Below, one piece after another: positions 37,254 to 47,736 of a DNA stretch of 64,000 bases. The stretch spans positions 1 through 64,000 of the forward strand of contig OZ251222.1 in assembly GCA_965240325.2 (NCBI GenBank), written 5' to 3'. How positions within the stretch are numbered: position 1 is the stretch's first letter; every line of letters begins with the position of its first letter. Under the pieces are notes generated by a model that saw only the letters and a program-made list of their open reading frames with translations, was not told the DNA's origin and did no database searches. This DNA is from Rebecca billardiae RCC1528. Taxonomy: Eukaryota; Protista; Haptophyta. Made by a program: the position numbers and the translations under genes.

Positions 37254-40200
37254 CGGACTCGGCCGCGGGCGCGGGCCGAGCGGGCGCGGGCGCGCGCGCG
37301 CTCTCGCGCGCCGGGCTGAGCTCGTTCGGCCTGCTCTCGCACTGCGCGTGGCGGCACCCGCTGATCGCCTCGCTGCTGCAGGACGACTCGCGCGTGTACC
37401 GCGCCGAGCAGTGGGTCGTCCTGTGGACCGGGCTGATGCTGGAGATGCTGTTTGTTTTCATCTTCTTTGACCTGAGCGAGGCCGGCGCGGGCGCGGACGC
37501 GGACGCGGGCGCGGACGGCGACGCCGATCCCGACGCGGCGGCGTCGTTCTGGCGGCCGCCCAGCGCGTCGGTGTTTGTGGCGTTCCTCATCGTGCTCGCG
37601 CAGAAGCTCTTCTGGGACATCCTCGTCGCGGGGCGGCTGATGGCGTGGGCGCACCACGCGGAGGGCGCGCGATGGCAGGAGCTTGCCGCGCGCCGGCGCG
37701 TGCGCGCGCTCTCGGCGCCCTCGCAGGGCGCGCTGCGCGAGCTGCTCGTGCTCTCCGCCGACCGCAAGCTCGCGGCGGTGCGCGCGCTGCACGCGCTGTG
37801 CGCCGAGCGCGGCCTGCCCTTCGCGCCGTGGCGCGACGCCTTCCGCGCCGCCGACGCGCCGCCGGAGCGCATGCCGCGGCTGCTCCGCACGGTGGGCCGC
37901 GCGATCACGCGCCGCGCGCCGACGTCCGAGCCGCCGCCGCCGCCGCCGCCGGCGCCCGGCGCGTTCCCCGCGGCGCGGCGCGGCGGCGAGCGCGGCTCCG
38001 GCTTTGTCTGCGTCGTCTCCGACGCGCGCGCGTACTCGGGCGTGCTCCGCGCCCACCGCCCCTCGCCCGGCGCGCGCGCCGGCCCCGCGCGCGGCCGCGC
38101 GCGCTCGCTGGTGGTCGAGAGAACCGCCGAGCGCGCGGCGGTGGCGGCGCTGCTGCAGGCGCCGGACGAGGAGCGGGAGGCTGTGCTGCGCGTGCTGCGC
38201 TCGGCGATCCGGCCGATCGAGTGGCAGGCGCTCGCGATCGCCGCGGCCTCGCTCGCCCGCGGCGAGGGCGACGGCCTCTCCTCGCCCTCGCGCGCGCGCG
38301 GCGCGGCGCGCGCGCGCGCTGGCCTGGGCTGGACGCGCGCGCGCACATCCGTGTTCGAGCGCGCGGGCTGGGCGGCCATGCTGGCGGCGTCCGCGCAGAG
38401 CGTGCGCGCGGCGCGCGACGCGCCGCAGAGGATGCCGCTCGGCCGCGCGCTCACCGCCCGCGCGCCCGGCGGCGGCGGCAGCGCCGCCGCCGACGGCGCC
38501 GCCGCGGGCGGCGCGGCCGGCGCGCCGCGCGTGCGCGCCCTGCAGCGCCCGCTGCTCGCGCTCGTTGCCGACGTGCGCCACGCGGCGTTCGAGGCGGGGC
38601 GCGCGGCGGAGGAGGCGCGCGCGCCCGCCGACGCGCGCGCCGCCGCGGCCGAGCGCGCGCGCCACCTGTGGGCGCTGACCACCGCGGCGGTGGCCGCGGT
38701 GCGCGCCCTCGACGAGGCGGCGGCAGCCTCCTCCTCCGCGCGCGCGCCCACCGTCGCGCTGCAGAGCTCAGCCGCGGCGCTCTCGGCGCGCGGCGCGGGC
38801 GCGCCCGGCGCGCCGTCGGCGCGCGAGCGGCGGCGCGCCGCGCTCGACGCGGCGCTGCGCGAGCTCGAGCTCGCGAGCCAGGCCGCGGCGCAGGTGGCCC
38901 TGCTGCCGCCGACGACGGCGGCCTGGGAGCTGCGCGCCGCGGCCGCCGCGGCCGCCGCGGCCGCCGTGCTGCCGAGCCGCAAGCCGTCGCACGCGGCGCG
39001 GAGCGCGGCGCGGCCGTCGGCGGCGGCGGCCTCGGCCTCGGCGGCGGGCGCGGCGTCGGGCCAAGGCGCGGCGCTTCCGCCACCCGCGCCCGCGCCGCCG
39101 CCGACGCCGACGCCGACGCCGCCACCGCCCGCCGCCGACGCCGCCGCGGACGGGACTGGCGGCCCCTGCTGCGCGCTCGGCGCGCTCGGCGCACTCGGCC
39201 GGCCGCGCGGCGTGTCGCGCGCCGCCGAGCTCGCCGAGCTTGCGGTGCACAAGCGCTGGCTGGTCGAGTCTGACGAGGGGCTGCTCGGGCTGTGGGCGCG
39301 CGTGCCGGAGGGGGCGCTGCACGGGCCAGCCGCCGCGCCCGCGCAGCCGCCGCGGCAGCAGCACCACCGCCTCCCCGCCAGCGCGGCCACTCCCAGCGAG
39401 CTCCCCGCGGGCGGCGCGCCGCGCGCCGCTCTCGCCGTGCGCTTTGTGCGCCTGGCGGGCCTAAGGTACAAGCTGGGCGCCCGCGCGCCCATCGAGCTGA
39501 ACGCGGCGTCGTGGCTGCGCGACGAGCTGCAGGCGGTGGACGTGGACCCGCGGCGGCACGCGCTCTCGGCACACCGCTCGAGCACGCGCTACCTCGCCAG
39601 ATACGATCTGGGCGAGGTGCGCGCGTGGCTGGGGCGCGCGCTCGAGCCCGCCGATGTGGTGATGGACGCGGCGTGGGCGACCGCGAGCGTGCTCGCCGCG
39701 ACGCGGCACCGCGCGGAGCGGCGCGCGCTCGCCGAGTTCTCCGCGCTGCACACGTTCGTGCGCCTGCGCCCGCGCCCCGCCTTCGCGCCCGGCACCGCCG
39801 TGCACGCCGCCGTCCTTGCCGAGCTCCGAGACTCGGGCGGGCGCGCGGCGCGGCTCGGCGCGCGCTGGGCGCGCACCGGCCGCGGCGTGCGCATCTCGCT
39901 GCACCGGCGCACGCTGCCCACGCTCACGCCGCACGCGGACGGGGCGGCGGACGCGGGCGGCGGCGGCGCCAAGCCCGCCGCCGCGCCGCGCGCCGCCGGC
40001 GCGCCGGCCGAGGCCGCGCGCGCGCGCGCGCACGCCGGCGGCGCGCGCGAGGCGGAGGCGGACCTCGCGGCCGCGCGCGCGGCCGTGCTCGCGGCCGACG
40101 CGGAGGCGCTGCGCGGCGCGGGCGTGCAGGTGGGGCCGCACGCGCCGCTGCGGCTGCTGCGCGTGCACGTCGCCGGCGCCGCGCCCTCCGCGCGCGAGAC

Positions 40201-41348
40201 GCACGCCCCCGCCCGCAGCCTGCTCGCGAGCGTCGGCCTCGGCCGCCGCGCGCAGCCGCCCGGCCGCGCGCCCGTGCACGTCATCTACGCCGTCGAGGGC
40301 GTGCGCACGGCAGCGGACGTGGGCGGCTCCAGCTACGTGCGGGCGGTGACGCACCTCGGCTCGGTCGCGCTCGCCGCCGACTCGGCGGGCGCGCTCGCGC
40401 TCGGCCGCGCGCTGCAGAGCCGGCCGCTGCTGTGCTACGCGCAGCCGACGCGCGCGCCGCCCGCCGACGCGGCCGCGGCCGAGCGCGCGGACGCGGCGGC
40501 CGACGAGGGCGCTCTCGCCGAGGAGATGGTCGCCCTAGTCCACCTGCCGCCCGACGTGGCGGCCGAGGTCGAGGCGGAGGCGGCGCGCGCGCACCTGCGC
40601 GTGCTCGTGCGCGCGTGGCGGCGCGCGCGCGGCGCGCGGCGGCCCAGCGCGGCCGCAGCCGCCCGCCGCGCCGCCGGCGGCGCGCCGCCCGTTGCGAACG
40701 CGGCCGACGCCGACGCCGAGGCGGAGGCGGAGCTGGCGGCGGAGGAGGGCGGGATCGAGATCGACTCGCGCATGCTGTGGTCGCGCGCGGACGACCTCGC
40801 GCTCTCCGCCCTCGACGCGCACGGCGTGCCCACCGCCGTGCTCTCGACGCTGCAGCCCTACGGTGCGCGCGCGACTGCTCCGCACGCGCGCGCGCGCCGC
40901 CGCCGCGCCGCGCCGCGCCGCGCCCGCCGCCGCACGCCTGACCCCGCGCTCCGTCGGACTCGCGCGCGCATGCACTGCCTGTGCCCGCGGGGCGCGCGCA
41001 GGCAAGGGGCGCGTGGTGATGTGGCGCGTGCGCATCGTCATGCTGTGCGTGTGGGCGGTGCTCGCCGTCTCCGCCTTCTTCGTCCTCGCGTACGCGCTGC
41101 AGCCGTCCTTCTACGGCGACACGTGGGTGTCGGTCTTCCACGCGTGGGCGCTGGACACCGCGTCCGAGTTTGCGCGCGAGCCGCTCGTCGTGGCGGGGAA
41201 GGCGCTGCTGCAGCTGCTCGTCGAGGCGCTCGTCGCGCTGCCCGCGTGCCTCGTCTGCCTCGCCGCGATCGGGTGCGACAAGCTGATCGGCGAGCGCGAC
41301 ACGGTCGACCACGGCGTCACCGTCCTCGACCAGGTCATGGAGCTGTGA
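31400..41348 (+). CDS. Giant polycystin-1/REJ-like receptor with RCC1-like repeats, SPPP stalk, REJ module, EGF and GPS motif
   Basis: Signal peptide; about 7 SAGxxHTC/CWGxNxxGQLG repeats; SPPP tract; NAPPRGGVFSVSPDSGVGLDTEF (REJ); CVRGACVCNAAFSGRTC (EGF); GPS CVFWD..WSDDGC..CKCTHLTDF; several TM helices; intron 40863-41001 leads to a final TM exon ending at 41348. Confidence 0.85.
32920..33380 (+). repeat. Coding minisatellite (CCGAGCCCGCCG)n encoding an SPPP stalk
   Basis: Tandem 12-bp units read directly from the sequence. Confidence 0.95.
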
Positions 41349-41380
41349 CGAGTGTGAAGCTTGTGATGATGCAAGGTGAG

Positions 41381-41428
41381 ATCTCGCCTGCCTGAGCTGT
41401 GTGCGTCTCTTATTCTTAGTAAACTGTA
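41381..41428 (-). repeat. 48-bp dispersed repeat, copy 2
   Basis: Exact reverse complement of 4405-4452. Confidence 0.97.
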
Positions 41429-41568
41429 GGGGTGATTGAGGTTCAAGATCGTCTGATCTCATGATTCTTCGGAACTTGTACCCCATACTGTGATGGGCAT
41501 ACTGTGATCCCTCACCCATCCGCGCATGGACATTCACCGCGAACACCCATCACCTAACTAACCGCCTG

Positions 41569-44135
41569 ATAACAGCGCGCGTCGCGCTCCTTATCACTGC
41601 CCGGTCATTACGGTGGGCAGACGCTGTCAGTCGTCGCGGGGGGGCCGGGCGGCGAGGCAGCGCCCGCCCCGCGGCGCTGACTCAAGCCGCACCCTGCCCC
41701 GGCGCGGCGCTCCAACGCCGAGGGAGGGCGGGCGGGAGGCGGTGGAGTGCAGCTGGCTGACCGTACGGGTAGCTGGCACCGTTGACCGGCCACACGGGGT
41801 CGGCGCCGCGGCACGGACGGGCGGTAGCTGCGGCGACGGTCGGGCAGGACGCGCCGGCGAGGGCAGCGCGGGCTGGAGGCGGAGAGCTGCACGAGTTCAC
41901 GACGTGCGTCCCACCCAAATGATGGTCACCCCGAGCGTACCCGACTGGCACGGCTCCCACAATCCTGCGGCGCCACGCCGCGCCGCAAAGGTGAGCTGCT
42001 CGAGGCACGTCGACCAATAAGCTCATAGGGGGGGGCAGCGAGCGCCGGCACCGAGTCCGGGGAGGCGCGCGCGGGGCAGAGTCCGGGAGGGAGTCCGGGC
42101 CTGTGCGGAGCGGCGCCGGCAGTCATAACGCGATAACCGCCGGACTGCCAAACCCACCACTCCCGTCGCGTCGGCCATCGCCCCATAACAGCGCGCGTCG
42201 CGCTCCTTATCACTGCCCGGTCATTACGGTGGGCAGACGCTGGATTGCCTGGGGCCGTCAGTCGTCGCGGGGGGGCCGGGCGGCGAGGCAGCGCCCGCCC
42301 CAAAGAGGCGCAGCGCCAGGCGCCACGCCGGCATGGACGGCGTCGGCCGGCGCGGACGAGGCCCGGCCCGGCCCCGGCCCCAACGGCGCTGCGTCGTGCC
42401 ACGCTCCGACGCATGCTGCCAACGCCAAGCGTGTGGCGTCGGTAGCGGCAGCACCCGGGAAGTACGTGCGAGGCGCGGGCCCCGCCCAGCGCCCTGCGGC
42501 GTTGATCTCGCCCGCAGGCAGTCCCAAAAACGCCAGCATCGCCACGGCCGAGCGTCGAACCGAGTTGGTGCCCACGCCCTTGGTGGCGAGCCCCAGCGCG
42601 CGGCACTCACCGCGCAGCCACGACAGGTACGCCGCGTACGTGACAGCGCGCCCAGCGTCGTCGACAAACAGCGGCGCCTCGGAAGCGGTGGCCGGGCGGT
42701 GTAAGAGGAAACTTGCCACCGCGCGAACCGGGCAGAGCGGCGAGTCCGGAATGGAAGGGAGCAGCTCCCAAGCTTCCTCCCCGGGGTGGTGCTTCCAGCT
42801 GCGCACGAGGATGTACAGGCCGCGCGGCGAGGAGGAGACGTCGCAGCAGCGCAGCAGCTTCCACGGTGCCCAGCGAGAGGATGATCCGGACGCCACCGTC
42901 TCCGAGCGCACGACCGTGAAGAGCTGTACCAGCAGCATCGCAAAGAAGCGCGCCGTCTCAGGGCGCACGCGGGCCGCGATCGCGAGAAGCACCGCCGGCG
43001 GCAGCGCGACCGCTTGGCCGCGTCCGCGTCCGCTCTCCTGGCGGTAGCGCGTCACCAGGCGGCGGCGGCCGACATCCACAATCGGGGCGGCCAGGTCGCC
43101 GGCGAGCTGCGCAGCAACCTGCACCGCGGAGATGTACTGCTCGATGGAGCCCGCCGCGTAGCCCGCTTCGCCGAGGTGCACCGCGAAACGGCGGAGCGAG
43201 AGCGCGGTCGGCGGCCAGCACGCCCCTTCGCCTGCGCGGCGCGCGAAAGCTCCGTACGCGCGCAGACCTGCCCGGTGCCGGCCGTCGACGGCAGGCAACA
43301 CCACGAGTGACGCGAAGCGACCGTCCAGCCATCGCGCGTAGCCCTGCGTCGACATGATTGTGGCGGGGCCTCCCCCTCGGCTGGTGAGCGGGGGCAGCCG
43401 CTGCCCCGGGCCGGACCCAGGCGCCAGGCGTCGTCCGGCTCGCGCGAGCGGCGCGGGTCGCGCGGGCGGCCGGCCGCGGGGTGGGCGCAGCTGGCGGTAC
43501 CGGCTGGCCGGCCGGCGGAGGAAACGCTTGGTTGCGCCCGACGCGCGGAGCCCCGGCCCCGCGCCCGCGGCCCACGCCCGCCGCGGCCCCGGCGCCGGCC
43601 GAAGAGACGCGCTGCGCTTTTCGAGCCGCCCGTTGGGTCTGCGCCATCGGCATGGCGACGCGCGTAGAGATTGGAGGGGAACGGAGGAGGCGGTGGAGTG
43701 CAGCTGGCTGACCGTACGGGTAGCTGGCACCGTTGACCGGCCACACGGGGTCGGCGCCGCGGCACGGACGGGCGGTAGCTGCGGCGACGGTCGGGCAGGA
43801 CGCGCCGGCGAGGGCAGCGCGGGCTGGAGGCGGAGAGCTGCACGAGTTCACGACGTGCGTCCCACCCAAATGATGGTCACCCCGAGCGTACCCGACTGGC
43901 ACGGCTCCCACAATCCTGCGGCGCCACGCCGCGCCGCAAAGGTGAGCTGCTCGAGGCACGTCGACCAATAAGCTCATAGGGGGGGGCAGCGAGCGCCGGC
44001 ACCGAGTCCGGGGAGGCGCGCGCGGGGCAGAGTCCGGGAGGGAGTCCGGGCCTGTGCGGAGCGGCGCCGGCAGTCATAACGCGATAACCGCCGGACTGCC
44101 AAACCCACCACTCCCGTCGCGTCGGCCATCGCCCC
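41569..44135 (-). mobile_element. Tyrosine-recombinase element with split direct repeats (Ngaro/PAT-like), lacking RT
   Basis: Sense order on the minus strand: A1 (44135-43686), YR ORF, B1 (42301-42185), A2 (42184-41735), 64-bp spacer, B2 (41670-41569); A copies are 450 bp and look identical; B copies differ by a 15-bp indel. Confidence 0.92.
42258..43355 (-). CDS. Tyrosine recombinase of DIRS/Ngaro type
   Basis: N-terminal binding region (LRRFAVHL..GYAAGSIEQYISAV); catalytic R (VVRS), K (SWKH), LCPVRAV, PLF, NSVRR at the HxxR position, GRW and RTY; the frame is open further upstream to 43730. Confidence 0.9.
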   Translation of the reverse strand: MSTQGYARWLDGRFASLVVLPAVDGRHRAGLRAYGAFARRAGEGACWPPTALSLRRFAVHLGEAGYAAGSIEQYISAVQVAAQLAGDLAAPIVDVGRRRLVTRYRQESGRGRGQAVALPPAVLLAIAARVRPETARFFAMLLVQLFTVVRSETVASGSSSRWAPWKLLRCCDVSSSPRGLYILVRSWKHHPGEEAWELLPSIPDSPLCPVRAVASFLLHRPATASEAPLFVDDAGRAVTYAAYLSWLRGECRALGLATKGVGTNSVRRSAVAMLAFLGLPAGEINAAGRWAGPAPRTYFPGAAATDATRLALAACVGAWHDAAPLGPGPGRASSAPADAVHAGVAPGAAPLWGGRCLAARPPRDD

Positions 44136-44202
44136 GAAACCCGCAAAAGGTCGTTGTGTCGTAACACACGCGCACGTCCACACGCCCGACGACGACAGCA
44201 CC

Positions 44203-47017
44203 ATGCCCGCGACGCTCCGCGAACATGACGACGCGCCGGCGCGTGCGCACCGGCCCGCGTGGGGTGACATTGATTGTCGGGCACCCACGCCCGCCGACGA
44301 GGAGCTCGGCACGAGCACCGTCTTCGACCTGACCGACAACCTCGATGGGCAGCGCGTGCTCGTCCACTCGACGGCAGTGCGCGCAGCGGCCATGCGCTTC
44401 TGGAGCGCTGCCGGCCTGGCGGACACCGACATTATGCCCGCGGAGATGGTGTCTCATCTCAGCGCGCTCCTCGCGCGCGAGCTCGGCGCCGGCACGGCAG
44501 CCGAGGTTGGTGGCGGTCACATCTGGGCGACGACAAGCGGTGGCGCCGGGCTAGCAGTCGACGACGCTATGGACGACGCGCGAGCGCTCGGTGAGTCCGA
44601 GGGCCTGCGCGCCATGCACCTGTGCTCGCACCTGATGCAGCTCGCCGCCCAGGCCACGCGCGGCGCGGACGAGCTCGCCTGCATCGCCTACCTCGCAAAG
44701 CTGCACCAGCAGATCACGGTGGTCGTCATCGACGGCGGCAGCGGTGCGGTGCGCACGGCGCTCCGCCGCCTGTCGGCGATCGAGGGCGGTGCGAAGAGCT
44801 GGACAGAGCTGCAGCGCCGGGTACGGATCGTCGCCGTGCTGCGCAACGCCAAGCGCAAATACGTGCAGCTCGCCGACGACGCCCGCTGTGCCGACGACTT
44901 CGACTCGCTGGCGCACGGAGCGCGCCCATGCAGCCACGTCCAGCTGGAGGCGGCGCTCACCCGCGCCCGCGCCGCGGTCGAATGTGCTCAGCGGCTCGCA
45001 CTCGGCGACGACTGCTGCCCCAACGCGGCCGCAGAGTATGACGAGGCCCGCGGGGCGAACGTTGGCCTCGCCGACGCCAGGGCGGCGCTCGCAGACGCGC
45101 TCGCCGGCGCGCTCGAAGTCGACGTCACCGCGCTCGACGTGACGATGTGCTGCGCCTTTGAGCTGCTGCTCGAGGCGGCTTCTCGCGAGAACCTTGCCAA
45201 CGCGCTCGAGCTCGCCGAGGCGTCTACCACGGCACACTCGGGTATCGCTGCGCCAGCCACCGCTGAGCGCGAGGTGGTAAGCGCGCATCGCGCAGCCGGG
45301 AGCTGCAAGCTTGGCGAGAAGCTGCTGAGCACGGTGCCCATGGACGCGGCGGCCGCTGGCGTGCTGCCCAGCGCGAGAGCGCGCGCGCGCACTCCAGCTC
45401 GGACGTCTGTGCAGCGCGGCACGGTGGCGCATGGCAGCGGCCGAGTTGCAGGCGGCGATGGCGGCAGCTGACACCGTGAGTCTAGGCGGCCCCACGCTCG
45501 TTGTCGGGCCGTCGAGTGCGCCACGGAAGCGGCCGTCGCTCGTCGGCTCGCTGAGTGAGCTTCCACCCGCCGGGCTTCCGCGCCGCGCATCGCAAAGGCC
45601 ATCAACGCTCGAGTCTCCCGCCTCAACACGACGCCGGGTGTCGGGTGGTGGGCGCCGGACGCGCAGCGCGCGCTCCTCGCGCTCCTCCGACGAGGAGAGC
45701 GTGTACGAGGAGGGGCAGATCGTTGCCGACCTGGCGGTGAACGTGCGGCCGCGGCTGCGCGAGCTCGCCTCGAGCATGCGGAGCTCGTTTGTCAGCTCGC
45801 GCGCCGTCGCCATGCGCATGTGCAGAACCTACTCCACCAGCTTCTCCCAGGGAGCTCGGTCGAGCGGTGCGAGCTTGGGCGATGAGCCCAGCACAGGCGG
45901 CATGCCACCGCCCTCGGGCGCGGGCGCACGAGAGGAGGCCAGCGGCGGCGGCGGTGCGGCGGCAGCCGAGCACGCACAGCCCGTCGGCCACTCCCTCGGC
46001 AGCGGGGGACAGCCGGGCGACGCGGTGGCTCAGCGACTCGTCTCGGCCGCGCGGCCGGCGATGAGGGCCGTCGACGCCACCGCGGGCACTGCAACGGCGT
46101 TGCCGCCGCTCGTGAACGTGCGCCCTCGGGGCAGGCGTGGGATGCACGCGCATGGCACCATCTCGCCGCCGTCGCCAAAGCGCAGCCCCTCGCCCAAGCG
46201 CGGTGCGCTCGACGCCCTCCGCAGCATCACACCCAAGCTCGGGCGCCGGCCCGGACCGAAGCGCGCGGAGGCGGTGGGGCCCTCGGCGCCGGCTGGGCGC
46301 GAGCGTCCGCTCAGCACATCGCTGAGTGGCTCGAACGCCAGTCTGCAGAGTGCGCATCCCCAGCCGCGACGCACCGTGCCGATCCGGGCGGCGGCCGGCG
46401 GCGACTCTTCGGGCGGCGCAGCTCGTGCTACGACGCGTGAGACGCCGCACGAGGCCGTCTGGCCTCGCGACCGGCAGCAGGCGGCGGGGAGGTCTTCGCC
46501 GGCACCGAGCATGCCCTTCTCGTCTAGCTCTTCACCGGGCATCGCATACAACTTGCTCTGCTCAGCCGCCGAGCAGCCGCCGCGTGCCCCAAGCGCTGAC
46601 GACGTCAGCTTCGGTCCGTACGCGACCTCATATGAGCACGGCTCTTCGGACGGCCGTGCCGACGCGCGCGCGCACGACAAGTCGTCGGCTGCTGCACCGG
46701 CGCTGCAGACGAAGCGGACGGCGGCAGCTCGCACGCCGCTCGCGTTTGCCGGCATGCTCGCCTCAGTCCTCCATCCGTTGTCGACACCCTCCGCCGTCTC
46801 AGACTCGGCGTCCGCGTCGGCGTCTGGAGCTGCGAGTCGGACCGCGCTGCAGGCCCTTGGCACCAAGCTCTCTGCCAAGCTGCCACGGCGATCTGTGGCG
46901 GGCGCAAAGCCCTTGGCGCTGACGCCGATGAGCTTGATGACGACTACGACTGTTGCGACGACCACAGCACCCGCCGCAAATCGTGCATCAGCAGCAGCAA
47001 CGGCGGCAGTGCGGTGA
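44203..47017 (+). CDS. Hypothetical protein (two exons; helical N-half, disordered Ser/Pro-rich C-half)
   Basis: Intron 45277-45397 (GTAAGC..CCAG, phase 0) joins ORF 44203.. in frame to ORF ..47017. Confidence 0.55.
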
Positions 47018-47736
47018 CGACGACAGCAGCAGTCCGCAGCACGGCGGTGCGCCATGCATCACGATGACCGGTGCTGCCGGCGGTCGTCCGCTGGCGGAGC
47101 CCCGCACGCGCGCGTCGTCGCACCGCGCGTGTATACTGTCGTCGAGTGCAGCAGGCGTATTGCCTATTAAGCCAGGTGCATCTAATCTCCCGTAACGGTC
47201 GAGCACCCCTCGTGTCGCAGAGCGACCCGCCGGCCGTTACAGGGCCATTAGAAGGCGGTGCTATTAAGCAGTTACTTACTCAGTTAGCCTGGCCGTCTAC
47301 TATTGTCGTGGCTTACACTGCTACAACGGTCCGACTAAGTCGTAGGGGCAGTTCTGTAATGCGCTAAGAGACTAGCTGCCTAACTAGTAGTAGCTATGAC
47401 AGTCCGACGGGCCGCGCTGAGCCGCTGAGGCCTGAGCGGCTGAGCTGTGTCTGTGAGCAGCTGCTGACTGATCATCATAACGCCGCGAGCGGTAGTCTTA
47501 TACCGCCGAGATGGGCAGCCACTAGCTCAGCATCTCGATCGCCTGCGCGTGCTCATTCAGCTGTAGGGACGGGATGGCCGCCGTCGTGCCCCTGACCGGC
47601 AGTGGCACCACGTAGTGCAGTTCGAGGACGGTGGCACAGACGGTCGCCGCGCATGCACGGTCCGGGGGCGGGGGTGACCCGGTCCCATTGCACAGTGACT
47701 TCAGACTGCTGAACACATTCTTTTTGAAATTCAACG

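Noticed and set aside
31673-39585. Very long antisense and alternative-frame ORFs (1064, 1185 and 1340 aa) over the giant receptor, and similar ones elsewhere
   Set aside because: Arg/Ala/Gly/Pro-rich shadow frames expected at this GC content; no domain motifs.
40863-41395. C-terminus of the 3386-aa ORF as given in the track
   Set aside because: It reads through a GT..AG intron (40863-41001); the spliced frame gives TM helices ending at 41348.
41735-44135. 450-bp direct repeats read as LTRs of an LTR retrotransposon or TRIM
   Set aside because: No TG..CA ends, PBS/PPT or 4-6-bp TSD; the interleaved B repeat and the YR gene fit split direct repeats instead.
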